Of a stretch of 64,000 nucleotides of DNA, positions 1 through 13,100 are shown one piece after another. The translations under genes and the position numbers were made by a program. Position 1 is the first letter of the stretch. Each line of letters opens with the position of its first letter. This DNA comes from a virus. Below the pieces are notes generated by a model, which saw only the letters and a list, made by a program, of their open reading frames with translations, did not search any database and was not told where the DNA came from. The stretch spans positions 32,001 to 96,000 of IMG/VR virus record IMGVR_UViG_3300025759_000063. One strand, written 5' to 3'.

Positions 1-996
1 TATTCCACCATTTCCATTTCCATCATCCAAACTGTCTTTACAAAATGTATTAAATGCTTTGACATAATAATGTCCCGATTCATCAAAAGTTCTTCTTGCC
101 AGTTCGTCAGCTAAAATATTATAATCGGTTCCAGTATTTACTTCTCTTAAAACCCCATTTTGTACAGTAGCTAACTGAACAAAATTCGTATCATCAAAAT
201 CGTCAAGAGACTTTTTAAATAATTTTGTTTCTATTTTTAATCTGTCTGCACCGGGAGCAGAAAAATTGCTAAATCCTTGAGAGTTATCATTTAAAGAGGA
301 ATCATCGTCCGAATTAACCAATTGCTCATCGACAAATAAACCAACTCTATAACTTGGTTTATTATCATATTGATCTAGAATTAAAATTTCATCCTTTACC
401 TGTACAAAATTTCCTCTTAAAAAATAAATTCCATTAGATAAGCAAAATGCAGAACCTGTTGAGGTGGAATTGTTCAAAATTGTGTTTGCAAATCCTTCAT
501 TTGACGAAATAAAACTATTTCCAAATGATATAGGAGTTTCTGCCAATAAAACTTCATTATCTAAAAATTCTCTACCTTCTAAATTTTCCGATGAAGATTC
601 TAAGTAACTTACATATAATGTTATTCTTCCTCTATCAGATTCTTCCGCTTTCAATACCTTTTCTACCTTGGCTTTTATTCCAGAAGTTCTTCCTGAAATT
701 ATTTTTCCCACTAAGTTATTTAAATACAAAGAAACTGGTATTCCAGAAAAATCTGATTCAATTTCTACAGCATAAAAATTACTAAGATAGGTAAGTTGTC
801 CTGGAACTACCTTAGAACCCTCCTTAAATATATTTGTTCCAAACTGTTCAATTTGATTTTGCAAAATTGATTGCAAATTATTTAATTCTCTAGCTTGAAT
901 TGGGTATCCTGGTTTAAATAATACCTTATAGTAATCCTTTTCTTTATCAAAGTCGTCAAAATAAGGGGATACGTTGAGGTTAGTTTCTTGTGGCAT
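1..996 (-). CDS. Virion structural protein, DUF4815/VrlC-like (partial, runs off window start)
   Basis: Not in ORF track; ATG at 996 reads MPQETNLNVSPYFDDFDKEKDYYKVLFKPGYPIQARELNNLQSILQNQIEQFG, the N-terminus typical of the large structural protein after gp8 in T4-like cyanophages. Confidence 0.75.
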   Translation of the reverse strand, partial: MPQETNLNVSPYFDDFDKEKDYYKVLFKPGYPIQARELNNLQSILQNQIEQFGTNIFKEGSKVVPGQLTYLSNFYAVEIESDFSGIPVSLYLNNLVGKIISGRTSGIKAKVEKVLKAEESDRGRITLYVSYLESSSENLEGREFLDNEVLLAETPISFGNSFISSNEGFANTILNNSTSTGSAFCLSNGIYFLRGNFVQVKDEILILDQYDNKPSYRVGLFVDEQLVNSDDDSSLNDNSQGFSNFSAPGADRLKIETKLFKKSLDDFDDTNFVQLATVQNGVLREVNTGTDYNILADELARRTFDESGHYYVKAFNTFCKDSLDDGNGNGGI

Positions 997-1005
997 GATT
1001 TTTAA

Positions 1006-2550
1006 TTAGAATTGAAAAATAACTTTGATATCTTCTTTTTGGTTTATTGATCTAGTAATAGATGGTCTATTATCGATGTAGATCATGTCTCCAGAGTATT
1101 TTTTAACTTCAGGATTCGAAACCCCGTTTTCAAACAATTGTCCAAGATTATATGTCTTACTATCTATAGAAGTAGTCAACCCACTAAATTCTATTTGAAT
1201 TGGTAAACTACTAATAGTTCCATCAATATTTCCGCCTGAGGAGGAGAATCTATACTGTTCATATCCATATGATGGTTCTGTGGAAGACAAATCGCTAGTG
1301 CCTGTAGTAAATCCAACCAAACTTCTATCTTGCCAATATTTTAATACACCAGTTCTATTGTCATAAGAAACAACTCTACCAACAGCAGTTTTCCCAACTC
1401 CAATTTGTTGAGTTATGATACTGTTAAATGGATAATTTGCATTTGAAATATTTCCTTGAAGTTTTAGTGCATATGTATTGCTCACCTTTTCTTCACTCAA
1501 TAATGAAGAAGTGCCAAATTGTAAAGGATTTTTTACAATTCCAACTCTAGCAATTTTATTTCCAACAACAAAATCTGGATTTAAATTATCATTCTCAATT
1601 CTGGAATAAATTAGTACGTTTTTTGCTCCAAGATCGCGGTAAATATCAAAACCATGTCCCTCTAAAGGTGGAACTATTACATCAAATGTTGGTAAAATAT
1701 CTCCACTTATACTAGCAGATTCTAAATCAATCTTTGCGAAAGTATATCCACTTCCACCTGATGTAATGTCAATACTATCTACTGTAGCATCATTACCCAC
1801 AACTATTGTTGCAGTTGCTCCAAAACCATCTCCTATAATTTTTACATTTTCATAAGTTTTTGGTGCAACTCCTAAATTAGTTCCTCTATTTTTTATTAGA
1901 GCAACTTTTAATTGACCACTCACATCCGGATTTGCATTTTCTCTTACTGCAGCATTTTCGATGCTTGTCGCCCAGTTTTGGGGAGTAAAAATATAATCGA
2001 TAGAATCAAATTTTACAATATCTGATGGTTTTAATGTGTAAAGATACTTCCAAATATAACCATCACCACTTACACCAGCTGCTTTTGGTTCTAAATCTGT
2101 AAATGTTGGTTCATCCAAAGATGGGTTTCCGTTGAGATTATCTGGGTCTGTTCCATTGGAAAGACAAATGTAAACTCTAAAGTCACTATTCACAACATAA
2201 AAGTTTGATTCATATAAACTTGTCCTTTCTGAAGGAATTGATAATTTATTTCTACTCACATCCTGCCTATACATATCATAAGTATTTCCACTTGTCCAAG
2301 TATTCTTTTTTACAACTTTTCGCACATCTTGAGAATTTAATCTTTTTAAAGCGACAACCGTGTCCCAAATATCATTGTAATTGTCAAAAGAATCTATCGG
2401 AGATCTTGGTGATGTTTCCCAATCGGAATCATAATCTGTTGAGTTTGTCAACCCAACAAAGGCATAGTAACAATTTGCTGTAGAAGCAACCGATGTTATG
2501 AAGTTATCAGCATTCAGAATTCTAAATTGATCTGTTATAATCGCAGACAT
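1006..2550 (-). CDS. gp8: Baseplate wedge subunit gp8
   Basis: WTSGNTYDMY, FYVVNSDFRVYICLSNG, DGYIWKYLY and C-terminal IYIDNRPSITRSINQKEDIKVIFQF motifs; synteny with gp6/gp25. Confidence 0.9.
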   Translation of the reverse strand: MSAIITDQFRILNADNFITSVASTANCYYAFVGLTNSTDYDSDWETSPRSPIDSFDNYNDIWDTVVALKRLNSQDVRKVVKKNTWTSGNTYDMYRQDVSRNKLSIPSERTSLYESNFYVVNSDFRVYICLSNGTDPDNLNGNPSLDEPTFTDLEPKAAGVSGDGYIWKYLYTLKPSDIVKFDSIDYIFTPQNWATSIENAAVRENANPDVSGQLKVALIKNRGTNLGVAPKTYENVKIIGDGFGATATIVVGNDATVDSIDITSGGSGYTFAKIDLESASISGDILPTFDVIVPPLEGHGFDIYRDLGAKNVLIYSRIENDNLNPDFVVGNKIARVGIVKNPLQFGTSSLLSEEKVSNTYALKLQGNISNANYPFNSIITQQIGVGKTAVGRVVSYDNRTGVLKYWQDRSLVGFTTGTSDLSSTEPSYGYEQYRFSSSGGNIDGTISSLPIQIEFSGLTTSIDSKTYNLGQLFENGVSNPEVKKYSGDMIYIDNRPSITRSINQKEDIKVIFQF

Positions 2551-2598
2551 TGATTTATTACTTTTTTCTATATTTATTTAATATAAATGTAAATAAAA

Positions 2599-5500
2599 TC
2601 AAATATTATCATAATTAGCGAATCTGAGTCTATTTACTCTTCTTATTGTTGGTGTTGTATTCAATCCAACAACTCCATATTCTGGAGATACAGAATATTC
2701 ATTATCTATTGTAGGTATTTCAATCAATCCCCAACTAAAATCTCCAAAATACGTTCCATATCCAATTGAAGAATCTATTTGATTATAATCGGAAACACTA
2801 ACAGTAACTTTGATTACATCTTCAGTTCCTCCCCCATAGACCTCTGTTGTAGCTGCAGACACAGAAATTGCTTGATATATGTTATCAATATTTTCTGTTC
2901 CGATTCCAATAATACTTCCATCACTTCTCAAACTCGTCAATCCACTACCAACTTTTGAGTTTGATAATTTGAAATAATAGTTTTCTGATATATTACTTGT
3001 ATTAGTTGTTGGGTTATTTACATTAATATTTCTTAAATATGAATCATTTGGTATAAAGAAATCAAACACTAATCCTGTAGAAGCCAATCCGACACTTGTT
3101 GTTGCTATTCCCGTTATGATTCCAAAATCGCCCAAGTACGAAACATTTTTAATTTCATTGACTTTTGCACTTCTTTCTTCTATCAAAACTAGTGGTGGAT
3201 TTGTTTGAGTGTATCCAAAACCCGGAGAAATTACATCAATTGATGATATTGATCCTCCAACCAGATTTGTTTTTAAAGTAGCAACACCACTTTTTCCTAT
3301 TCCTATTGGATATTGTATAGAAGCAGATATTTCTGGTTTTAATAAACTTGTAGTATATCCAACTCCACCGTTGGATATGACTATAGATTGTATAGTCCCT
3401 GCTGCAGAAACTATTGCAGTGGCTGCTGCAGAAACTAATTCGCTATTATCAATGATTTGAATTGTTTTTAAAATTTCTGGAGATGTTGGACTTATATTTT
3501 CCTGCTGTGGGTCAAAAATAGTTTTAACTGAATCTACAAATATTTGTGTAGAACCTATTCCTACAGATTGGATTAATTTTGCTGTTGGATTTACATATGA
3601 TTCATATCTAACCCTACTCTTGTTAACTTCTTTTTTATCTATTATCAAATCATTTCTTTGCCTATACCAATTTAATGGTCGGAATAAATTAGAATCTTCA
3701 GTGATTCCTTTTCCAGAATATGGATTTGTTTCTAAAACATCCGGTAATAATATGTCAGTTACCAATCTCTTCTGCTCAATAAGATTAAATTTATCTCCAA
3801 CCAATTCAACCTTATCACCCGTTTTTATCGTTTCCAACAAATCAACATCAATAACATCTATATTTGGAGTTCCTTTATAAAATATTATTCTTCCTTTATC
3901 GCCATTTTTTGGTGCTTCAGTGAAAGTAATTGTACTTCCTCCATTAAATTTGTAAGCGACATCGGGTTCCTGAAGGACATCATTAATAAAAACTAATAAT
4001 ACTGTATTTAATTCAATATTTCCACCTTTTTCTTTAATTATTGCAAATCTGTTTCCCCCTCTAGAAATTGGGAAAGTAGTTTTATTACCATCAAATAATT
4101 CGTCTAACTCATCGAGAGTTTCTAGTTCTCCTAATGACCATCCACTAAAATCGTCGGAAAAAACTCTTTCCACTACCAACTTAAATTCTCTATATGGTAA
4201 TGCTGTATTGGTTGGTATTCCTGTAGTTCCTCCTACATCTAAGGTTAAAACATCTCCAATATTATAAGAATAACCAAAGTTTTTTATGGTAAAATCTATT
4301 ACACTAGAACCCTGACCAACAACAATATCAATAGATGCTTCTGTACCAATTCCAGAATTGACTTTTAATCTTAAATCTGAGTATGAAAATGGAGAATCAA
4401 AAATTACCTCTGGTGGATTTGTTGATGTATATCCAGATCCTGGATTTGTTATATTGACGCCAACAACATTACCATCTGATATTGAAGCAACACCAACAAA
4501 CTCTGTATTTAACTTCCCATTACTATAAGATTGAACTTTGACATTGACCGATGTTTGAATTCCGCTTCTGTATCCAGAACCACTATTTCCAATACTTATA
4601 GATTGAATTGTACCCGCAATAGAAACTACTGCGGTTCCTCCAGCAGAAACCAATGGTTGATATCCAAATCCATTACTAGATGCTGTAGCAACTATTATAC
4701 CCCTTCTAGGTATTGATGCATTATTGACATCATATTTGATTGAAGTTCCAGTTCCAGTGAAGTTTAATTGAGTTTGGGATAAATTTTCTGTTAAATTAAA
4801 ATTATCTGTTGGTATTTGAATAATATTGTTTATTAATACTATAGAATTTAATTCTGAAAATCCTACAATATCTTGCTTGTCAGATTTTACGGTAAATGAT
4901 TTTGTAGATGCGTCAAATTGATCGCTTATATCATCAAATACATAATTTCTATTATATGCACTTTCTCCAGAACTAACATCTGCTGATCTTAAAAATACTC
5001 TTCCCTGAAAAGATGATCTAACATTAATGTCACCATTGACACCATCAACTATTGGACCATAAGGAGCTTCATCAAAATAAAGGATATTTTTTTTAATTTT
5101 ATAATTGCCTTTTAGTTTAGTTATTAAAGTATTTTGAGAGTGTTCTTTTAATGATGAACCCAAAATTGGTCTTGAAACTTCCACAGAATTGCCGACACCA
5201 ACTGCAATAATTTTCATTATTTCATCTTCTATTTCAATCAAATCTCCACTAAAAAATGATGTTATTCCGGTAAAAGATAAAATATTTGAAGATAGATTTA
5301 AATTTGATGCTAAAGATGAAGTTACTGATGTTGCAACTATAGGTGCTTGAGCAATATTATCAATTAATATTAAGGATTTGGAATTTTGATTTGTTGAAGT
5401 GATAAAATGATTTATTCCCACACCAAGTCCAGTAAACTGAATTAATTTTGGTGGATTTAACAGTGCATCCGCTGGGGAAGTTGTAAATCCAATAAATCTA

Positions 5501-7116
5501 TCATCTTGTTTATATACATATAAGTTTCCACTAAGTTTATCAGTTACCCCAACTCCAGAAATAAATGTATTTTCTATAGGAATGGCACTAATAGTTGATA
5601 CCTCTTCGGTATCAAATAATCTGGAAAATGTAATTGCTACTCCAGAAAGAATTTGTTGTGTTATTGTACTGGAAATAGAAACTGAACTTACTCCAACTTG
5701 ACTTAGAGATATATACTTTCCACCATTAAAAATATAATCTCCAACTTGCAGACCTGTAGTATTATCTACTTCAACATTAGTGTCTCCCAAGTCTACTTGT
5801 GCTGTTGTATTTGCTGTAAGAATATCTACGTATTGTAATGGATCTGGTTCATATTCAACTCTTTCTCCAGAAACAAAATAATGACCTGGTAAGTAAATTA
5901 AATTCCTTTCGAGATCAACACTCGCGGGATTTGTTGCTGAAGATTGCAGTTCTGCATTAAATCTTCTCTGAAAAATTGGAATTTTTTTGGAAGTTAAATT
6001 AAATTCTTTTGCAAAATCTTTTCCGCTAATTAATTGAGTAACGCCTGAAATTACTGCTCCAACATTTAAATCAATTAGAGAATCAATATCTCCTAAATTT
6101 AAATTCGTTATCGAATGCTGTAAAAGAGTTATTTCAACATCAATATCTGGATTTGGTGTAAAAATGAGTTCCGTTATCGCTGCACTATTTGAGGTAAAAG
6201 TTCCTAATATATTGTTAGTTGCAACAACTCCATATTCAATTATTCTAGAATCAGCATCATTATTTAATACTACAATTTCTGAAAGTTGAACACTATTATT
6301 TGTTGTGTCGGTTATTTGCACTACAAAATAACCAAAATTATAGTCTGAGGTATAATCTGCAATTACACTAGCAGATGGATCTATTGATGATGCTATTGAA
6401 ACATTCACAGACTCTAATAGTCCGCCAGATAAAAGTTTTTGAGTTACTATTGTTTTCGTGGTATTTGCTACAGAAACTGAAATAGAACTACAGTTAAAGT
6501 CTGTATTTAATCTCGGATAAAATAATACATCAATATCCGTCCCATTAAAAACTAAACCATAAGTTCCTATTCCAGAAGTTTCTATTGAAGAATTATTGGA
6601 TATTGTAATTCTTCCAAAATTAGAACTACTAATATTTGAACCATCATGAGCAAAGTTTATTTCATTATGTTCATAGTTTAAATCATCTAAAGATGATAAC
6701 GAAAATGATAACTTTCCTGAAGTGTATTCGGTAGAATCTATTTTAACAATAGTAGTTGTTCCTATTCCAGCAGAAATTTGTGTATATGCAGTATCAAGTT
6801 TTACAGTATTTCCAAAAAAATATGAATCTGGAATAAATTCATCTTTTTTTGTGTCATATATCAAAAAACTAAAATTATAAAGATTATTCCTACCATCAAT
6901 TGGTGCAAAAGTAACTTGTAGTGATGCTTGATCGTCAAATTCAGATCTTTCTAGATTGAAACTGCCAATCTCGTCTAAAGTAAATAATTTTCCATATTCA
7001 TTTGTAAAAATCTCATTACCATCAGTCACAAAACTAATAATAGAGGATTGTCTTCTATCAGGATTTTCAGTATCCTTTACATTTAAATATACCCTACTTG
7101 ATCTTACTTTTGCCAT
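2599..7116 (-). CDS. Large baseplate-associated structural protein (gp7-like, C-terminal part)
   Basis: 1505 aa; repeated I..GSGY..P motifs; lies between gp7-like gene and gp8. Confidence 0.7.
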   Translation of the reverse strand: MAKVRSSRVYLNVKDTENPDRRQSSIISFVTDGNEIFTNEYGKLFTLDEIGSFNLERSEFDDQASLQVTFAPIDGRNNLYNFSFLIYDTKKDEFIPDSYFFGNTVKLDTAYTQISAGIGTTTIVKIDSTEYTSGKLSFSLSSLDDLNYEHNEINFAHDGSNISSSNFGRITISNNSSIETSGIGTYGLVFNGTDIDVLFYPRLNTDFNCSSISVSVANTTKTIVTQKLLSGGLLESVNVSIASSIDPSASVIADYTSDYNFGYFVVQITDTTNNSVQLSEIVVLNNDADSRIIEYGVVATNNILGTFTSNSAAITELIFTPNPDIDVEITLLQHSITNLNLGDIDSLIDLNVGAVISGVTQLISGKDFAKEFNLTSKKIPIFQRRFNAELQSSATNPASVDLERNLIYLPGHYFVSGERVEYEPDPLQYVDILTANTTAQVDLGDTNVEVDNTTGLQVGDYIFNGGKYISLSQVGVSSVSISSTITQQILSGVAITFSRLFDTEEVSTISAIPIENTFISGVGVTDKLSGNLYVYKQDDRFIGFTTSPADALLNPPKLIQFTGLGVGINHFITSTNQNSKSLILIDNIAQAPIVATSVTSSLASNLNLSSNILSFTGITSFFSGDLIEIEDEIMKIIAVGVGNSVEVSRPILGSSLKEHSQNTLITKLKGNYKIKKNILYFDEAPYGPIVDGVNGDINVRSSFQGRVFLRSADVSSGESAYNRNYVFDDISDQFDASTKSFTVKSDKQDIVGFSELNSIVLINNIIQIPTDNFNLTENLSQTQLNFTGTGTSIKYDVNNASIPRRGIIVATASSNGFGYQPLVSAGGTAVVSIAGTIQSISIGNSGSGYRSGIQTSVNVKVQSYSNGKLNTEFVGVASISDGNVVGVNITNPGSGYTSTNPPEVIFDSPFSYSDLRLKVNSGIGTEASIDIVVGQGSSVIDFTIKNFGYSYNIGDVLTLDVGGTTGIPTNTALPYREFKLVVERVFSDDFSGWSLGELETLDELDELFDGNKTTFPISRGGNRFAIIKEKGGNIELNTVLLVFINDVLQEPDVAYKFNGGSTITFTEAPKNGDKGRIIFYKGTPNIDVIDVDLLETIKTGDKVELVGDKFNLIEQKRLVTDILLPDVLETNPYSGKGITEDSNLFRPLNWYRQRNDLIIDKKEVNKSRVRYESYVNPTAKLIQSVGIGSTQIFVDSVKTIFDPQQENISPTSPEILKTIQIIDNSELVSAAATAIVSAAGTIQSIVISNGGVGYTTSLLKPEISASIQYPIGIGKSGVATLKTNLVGGSISSIDVISPGFGYTQTNPPLVLIEERSAKVNEIKNVSYLGDFGIITGIATTSVGLASTGLVFDFFIPNDSYLRNINVNNPTTNTSNISENYYFKLSNSKVGSGLTSLRSDGSIIGIGTENIDNIYQAISVSAATTEVYGGGTEDVIKVTVSVSDYNQIDSSIGYGTYFGDFSWGLIEIPTIDNEYSVSPEYGVVGLNTTPTIRRVNRLRFANYDNI

Positions 7117-7117
7117 T

Positions 7118-10100
7118 TTAAATACTAAATGTAGTTACTGTTGTTTTTGATGTCGTTGATGTACTAAATTGTGAACTTATATCATCAATCAGCAATACCC
7201 TATTTCCTATTGATTCTGCATAATCTTGTAAGAATACTGAATTGAATGTTATTTCATCACTTGTTAGATTTTCTTCAATTAAAACCCCATTTTCAGACGC
7301 TAAATCGTAATCATAAACTGCATCAATATTAGTTATATTAGTTAAATCACACGTCGCAATGACCGCACCATTATTCTGATTTGAATCAATTTCTGCAGTA
7401 ACTGTTTTTTCAACAATCAAATCACCAAATCTTTTATATCCCAAAGTATGATTCAAATTACTTACGATACTATTCCACTCTTTAAATTCAATTTCGGATT
7501 TTAATGAATATGAAAAAAGTTGATAATAATCACTATCTTGTATTCTCTGAATATTATCATTAAGAAAACCTATAGTATCTTTCCACCCCTGAACAATAAT
7601 GGATGAAGAATCTATATTGTATCTTGTTTCATATTCTAAAACTTCTTTAATTAAAGCTAAAGAATTTGAAGATCTGCCAAAAATACTCACATTATTTGGA
7701 ATTTTTTCCTTTGTTTTTATAGTCAAGTACTCATTTACTGAATCATATTTCTGCACCTCACCAACAATTCCTTCAGAAATTGTAGTTTCTCCAACCAAAA
7801 ATTCATTCTTTTTTAAATTGATTTTAAATTTTGGAAAATCATCTTCAGATATTATTCTTCCAATAGAATTTTCTAAATCAAAATCTCCAGGAATTTCGGA
7901 AGAATCCAAGTAATCTTCAAGTGAATACTTAACAGACGCTCCAGAACCTCCAATTGAAGGAACAACTTCTATCAACTTAAATGTCGAATAATTATAATTT
8001 ATAGAATTAAACCCTTTTGTGATTATCGAGGAGTCAGTATTTTCTTTAATAGAAACTCCCTCAATTAAAACTTTTTGATTGAGAGAAAATGGAAAATCTT
8101 CAATAGAACTAAATTGTGTATCCAATTTTATGGTTACAATTTTTGTTGCATTGTCATATTCAACCTCAAGTATCCCAACACCATTACTATTGTTAATTGG
8201 AATTATTTTTGGTGATACATTATAAATTCCTTTTGTATTTTGTATTACTGTTACTTTTTGATTTTCTAAGTCACAATCAAGAATAATATCTTCAACTTGT
8301 TTATTTGTAAACCCATCAATTAAAACTAAATTAGGATTTGTATTATAATTATTTCCAACTGAAGAAATTTTTATAGATTCTATAGATGTTAATGGTTCAA
8401 CTCTTAATATTGTTGGGAATTTTAAAAGGGGTTTTAATGTTTTGTCAGATGAATAATTTGCACCAATATCTAAAATTCTGGTTTTTTGTATTTTTCCTAT
8501 AGATTTGCTCTGTGGAATTAGAATTGCACCAGTTCCTGCCGCAGAAACTACTCCATTTATTTTTGGAAGCTTGTCATACAATTTTCCTGAAGAATTTATT
8601 TTTATATTGTTTATTGGTCCAGATTCATTGAGAGAAGTTGTATAATATTCACTTGCAGAATTTGTAGAATTAAATGTTTTATCAACGTAAAAATCTCCAG
8701 TAAAACTAAATGAATTTGTTTGAATTCCAGTTATTATATGTTTTCCATTCAAACCTGAGGAATTTAATTTAATTAAATTGAAATTGTCTACTTCCCTGTC
8801 TGTAAAAAGTTCATTTTTAATTTGGTTAGTGTTACCATCCAATATTTTAAGATTATAGTATAAGTTATTTGGAAAATCTTCATCTAGTGTAAATGATAAA
8901 GTTGCAGGAGATAATCCAATAGAACCATTTTTTGTGATTTTTGATGTCCCCAATGTTGTTATTGGAAAATATTCATCATTAAAAAACTTATTCTTATATA
9001 TTTTAAAGTCAAAAGAAGAAGTTCTTCCTACTCCAAATGGTTGTGATAGTGAGGAATCTGATAAATCAAATATTACCGATTGATTTCTATTTAAATTTAT
9101 TTTTGGATTTATTGGTGAAATTGTACCTGAGAATTGGGATGTTAAATTTATTGGTACAATATCTAAAGATGTTGAGTTATAATAAGTTGCTGAAAGTCTA
9201 ATATGATCTTTATCAAAAACAATAACATAATAAATTTGATTATCTTCCAATCCTCCAATTGTATTTGAAGAATTGTATATTATTTTTTGTCCAGAGTCAA
9301 AATTATGATTGACTATCCTTATGGTATTTTTTGTAGTATCAACATCAGAATTGGAAAAATCTTGAGGATTGATAATTAGTCTTCTGTGATAATCATTATA
9401 TTTTACCGCAATATTTACCGAATCTTTTTCTTTTACATTTAAGAATATTTCATCACCTCCCCTTAATCCAAAAGAAGATGCTGTTGATACTGTTATTTTG
9501 TTAACGGAAAGTGCACCAGTAAGAACGTTATCATAATTTGTGGTAAAACTGTGATAATCTCCAGTTCCTACTCCATTGAAATATAGTAGTGATGTGCTAG
9601 TTTCTATTCCAACAAATTCTCCTTCTGTTCCCAATGCAACTTTATTTGTGGATATTCCAATTAAATCATTTGATAACCTTGCAACATAAACTGTTATACC
9701 ATCATTTAACGTAAATGTATTAAATATATTAGATACTGATATTCCAATTCCACTATTTGCATTGTAAATTAATTTATCTCCTGTTTCTAATTTGTGGTCT
9801 TTTAGGTAAATTGATTTTAATGGAATTTGTATTGAAGTCTGTCCAACTCCGGGGTTGGAAAAAATTACAGTGGATCCTATTCCTACTGTCCCTATACCTA
9901 AAGATTCTATGGGGTTAAAATATAATTCTCTATTAATTTTGTAATTAAAAGAATCTAGTTTTTTATCAAGATTGATAAAAAACTTTCTTTGATTTTCATT
10001 CAGAACAGAATAAGCCTGGTGTGCGGAAGAAGTTGTAGAATTTTGTTCTCTAAGGACTTTAATTCTAGAAGACTCTTTATCAATAGATAAAACTTTAACG

Positions 10101-13100
10101 TCTTCAGAACCTATCGTTAATATGTCGTTTTCTCTAATATTTGGAAAACTTAAAGACCCATAAACAGAAAAATAAGTAGATAATCCAGTTATACTGGTAT
10201 TTCCAACTGCAGCATTTAAAATTAAATTATCCGTTCTTACTCCCACATTAAATGAATTTTGGATAATTGGATTATTTTTTGATAAGGATTCTATTTTAAA
10301 GAAATCTCCATTACTTAATAAATGTGGAGCGGTGGCAAATCCGACCAATCTATTTTCTATGTTTGTCTTATAAAACTCAATGTTCGGTAAGAATCTACTT
10401 TCGTTTGTGATAGATTCTATAGTTTTTCCTTTAATAGACTCTACTTTAGCCGCTACTCCATTACCAGAAGTAATTGTATTGTTGAAAGAAAGTCTTTCTC
10501 CAATTTTATATCCATCTCCAGGAGAAATTATTTTGACGTTTTCAACTCCACCCCTTATTATAGATAAAACCTCAGATTCTTGAGAATTTAAATCTTCATT
10601 ATTAAGCAGATAATTGTACCTTGAATTATCACTACCTATATTGAGAGCAAAAGTATTTCGTAAAACCTTAGTATTTTCAAATTCAAACTGCTCTTGATTT
10701 GAATTTGGGTCAAAATTAAAAAATGTTGGCTTTGATTTATAATAATTTCCAACGATATATGGAAACACTGGTTCCTTTCTCGCATCAAAAGATATTTCTG
10801 ATGAAAAATCTTCACTTATTGTCATAAAGTATGCATAAATTCCATTAGGATACTCTGGAGTTACACAATATCTTCCATTACTTTCATCCAAATCACCATT
10901 TCCCACAAATTCGTAATCTTCAACAAAATATCCTGTTGGATAAAAACGAAAGATTTCTCTATCTGCACCTTCTCGGATTCCGGTTAATTTATACCCACTA
11001 ACCATTCTCCTAACTTTTTTATTATTTGGAGAATCATATCCATATGGGCCATAAATTGGGTATCCATCATACGACCATCCTAAAATTGGAGAATGATACT
11101 TGTCTTCATTTATATCATTCTGAAAATCAGATCTGTAATTTGTTCCATTCGAAAATGTTTTACTTCTAAAAACAGAGTCTCTAAATTTATTTGGTGCATA
11201 TAAATGAGTATATTGTAATCCATAATTTTCCTTCAATCCCCTATAAACAACACTATCATCTTCTGATGATATTCTATTTGTTTTCAATAATCTAAAGAAT
11301 TCATTTATTGTAAATTGTTGTGGATATAATTTTAAAATACACCCTTGAGATTCATCTATAATGTCAATTATAGTTTCCTTAGTGTATCCCGTTCCGCCGG
11401 ATATTACCTTTATTTCTGATAATTTTTTATCCTTAATGATTGGGGTTAATATTGCACCAATTCCAAATCCGCGAACAACTACTTTTGGTGGAGCAGTATA
11501 TCCATTTCCTTTATTATTAATTAAAACTGACGTTATCTTTCCGTTCGATATAATTGGAACTGCCGTTGCTTTGGACGATATTTTTCCTAGAGAATAATTT
11601 GGTTGTTTAACATAATTTATTATCTCTGGAGATCCATATCTTGTTCCTCCTTCATATATAAAGGTGGATTTGATTTGACCTTGAAATATTGGTTGCAGTT
11701 TGGCATTTATATCCACTCTACTTAATGTAGATATCCCAACCTCTCCCTCAACAGTTACTGTAATGGGTTCATAATCAAAAGTATAGTTGCCGGAACCAAC
11801 ACTTTCTATATTTACATATTCCTTTGTATCATAATAAAAATATCTGTTAGTTACTCCAACGCCAAGTATTGATAACTTAAAGGAAGTTTCATCGACTGTT
11901 GTTACAATATATTTGCTTCCAGTTGTTAGTCCAACTACAGTAGAATCTCCCCCAAGATATTGTATTATATCTTTATCACTATAAGGAGATTTATTTGAAT
12001 TATTTACTTTTATTGTATTTGTGGAAGTAATAATTCCTGAAGATGGTACAGTGATTTTTGCTGTTTTATATCCTTCTCCGGAACTAAGTATTTCAATTGA
12101 ATTTATCTTTTGCTTTCTTATAGTCGATTCAAATCTATGATTGCCTATCCCATATCCCGTCAAATTTACTGGATTAGAAGAACTTAGTGAATCTTCTAAA
12201 TTTTTGTGTAAAGTAATTTTATTATCATCAATTACTTTCACATAATACTTTGCATCTGTAGATAATCCTCCAATTACTTGGTTATTATTTGTTCTGTATA
12301 TTATAGATTCTCCATCTCTAAACTTATGATATGTTGAAAATCCGAGAGTATTTGTAGAAAGGTTTATATTTTCATTTGTTGTAGATGAATTTATATCAAT
12401 AAAATAATCATAACTAATCATTTTTGCTTCTGCCGAAGCTCCACTTCCAGACCCTCCCTTAATAGTAATGATAGGTACATCTAGATAATCAAATCCACCA
12501 TCTATAACATCTATTCTCTTTAAAGATCCTTCTACAGAAACATATCCTTTAGCCTGATCTCCACTTTCTTTATCAATAACTAACTCTGGCGGATTTATAA
12601 TATCATAGTTGTTTCCTTGAGAAACAACCTCTGCTGTTCTTATAGGGCCATAATAAATGGAGTCTTTTGATTTGTAGTTGAGTATTTCAACGCCATTTAT
12701 AAGAATCCCGACAGTTCCTGGTTCAGTTTTATATTTTTTTTCGTCAATTTCTGGATTTTTTATGAGTCTTACTAATCTTTGTGTGTCTACTTCAGAAACT
12801 GTAAGGTTTTTATTTTTAGAAAACTTTTTAAGAGATAACGTACCTGCTGATTCGAATGTAGATTCTTGCGGGTCAAAATTTTCTACAGATAAGTAAGAAT
12901 CTTTTGCTAAGTCTGACCTACTTTTTGCCAACTTAATTGATTTATCATCAATTTTTTTGACGTAATATGAACCAGTTATAACTGTTAAACCAAGTCCAGA
13001 TTGATTGCTCGAATTTACGAAAAATGATACTTCATCTCCCGTCAAAAATCCATGATTTTCTCCAAAAGAAACAAGATTAATTAATTCTCCAGAATCTATT

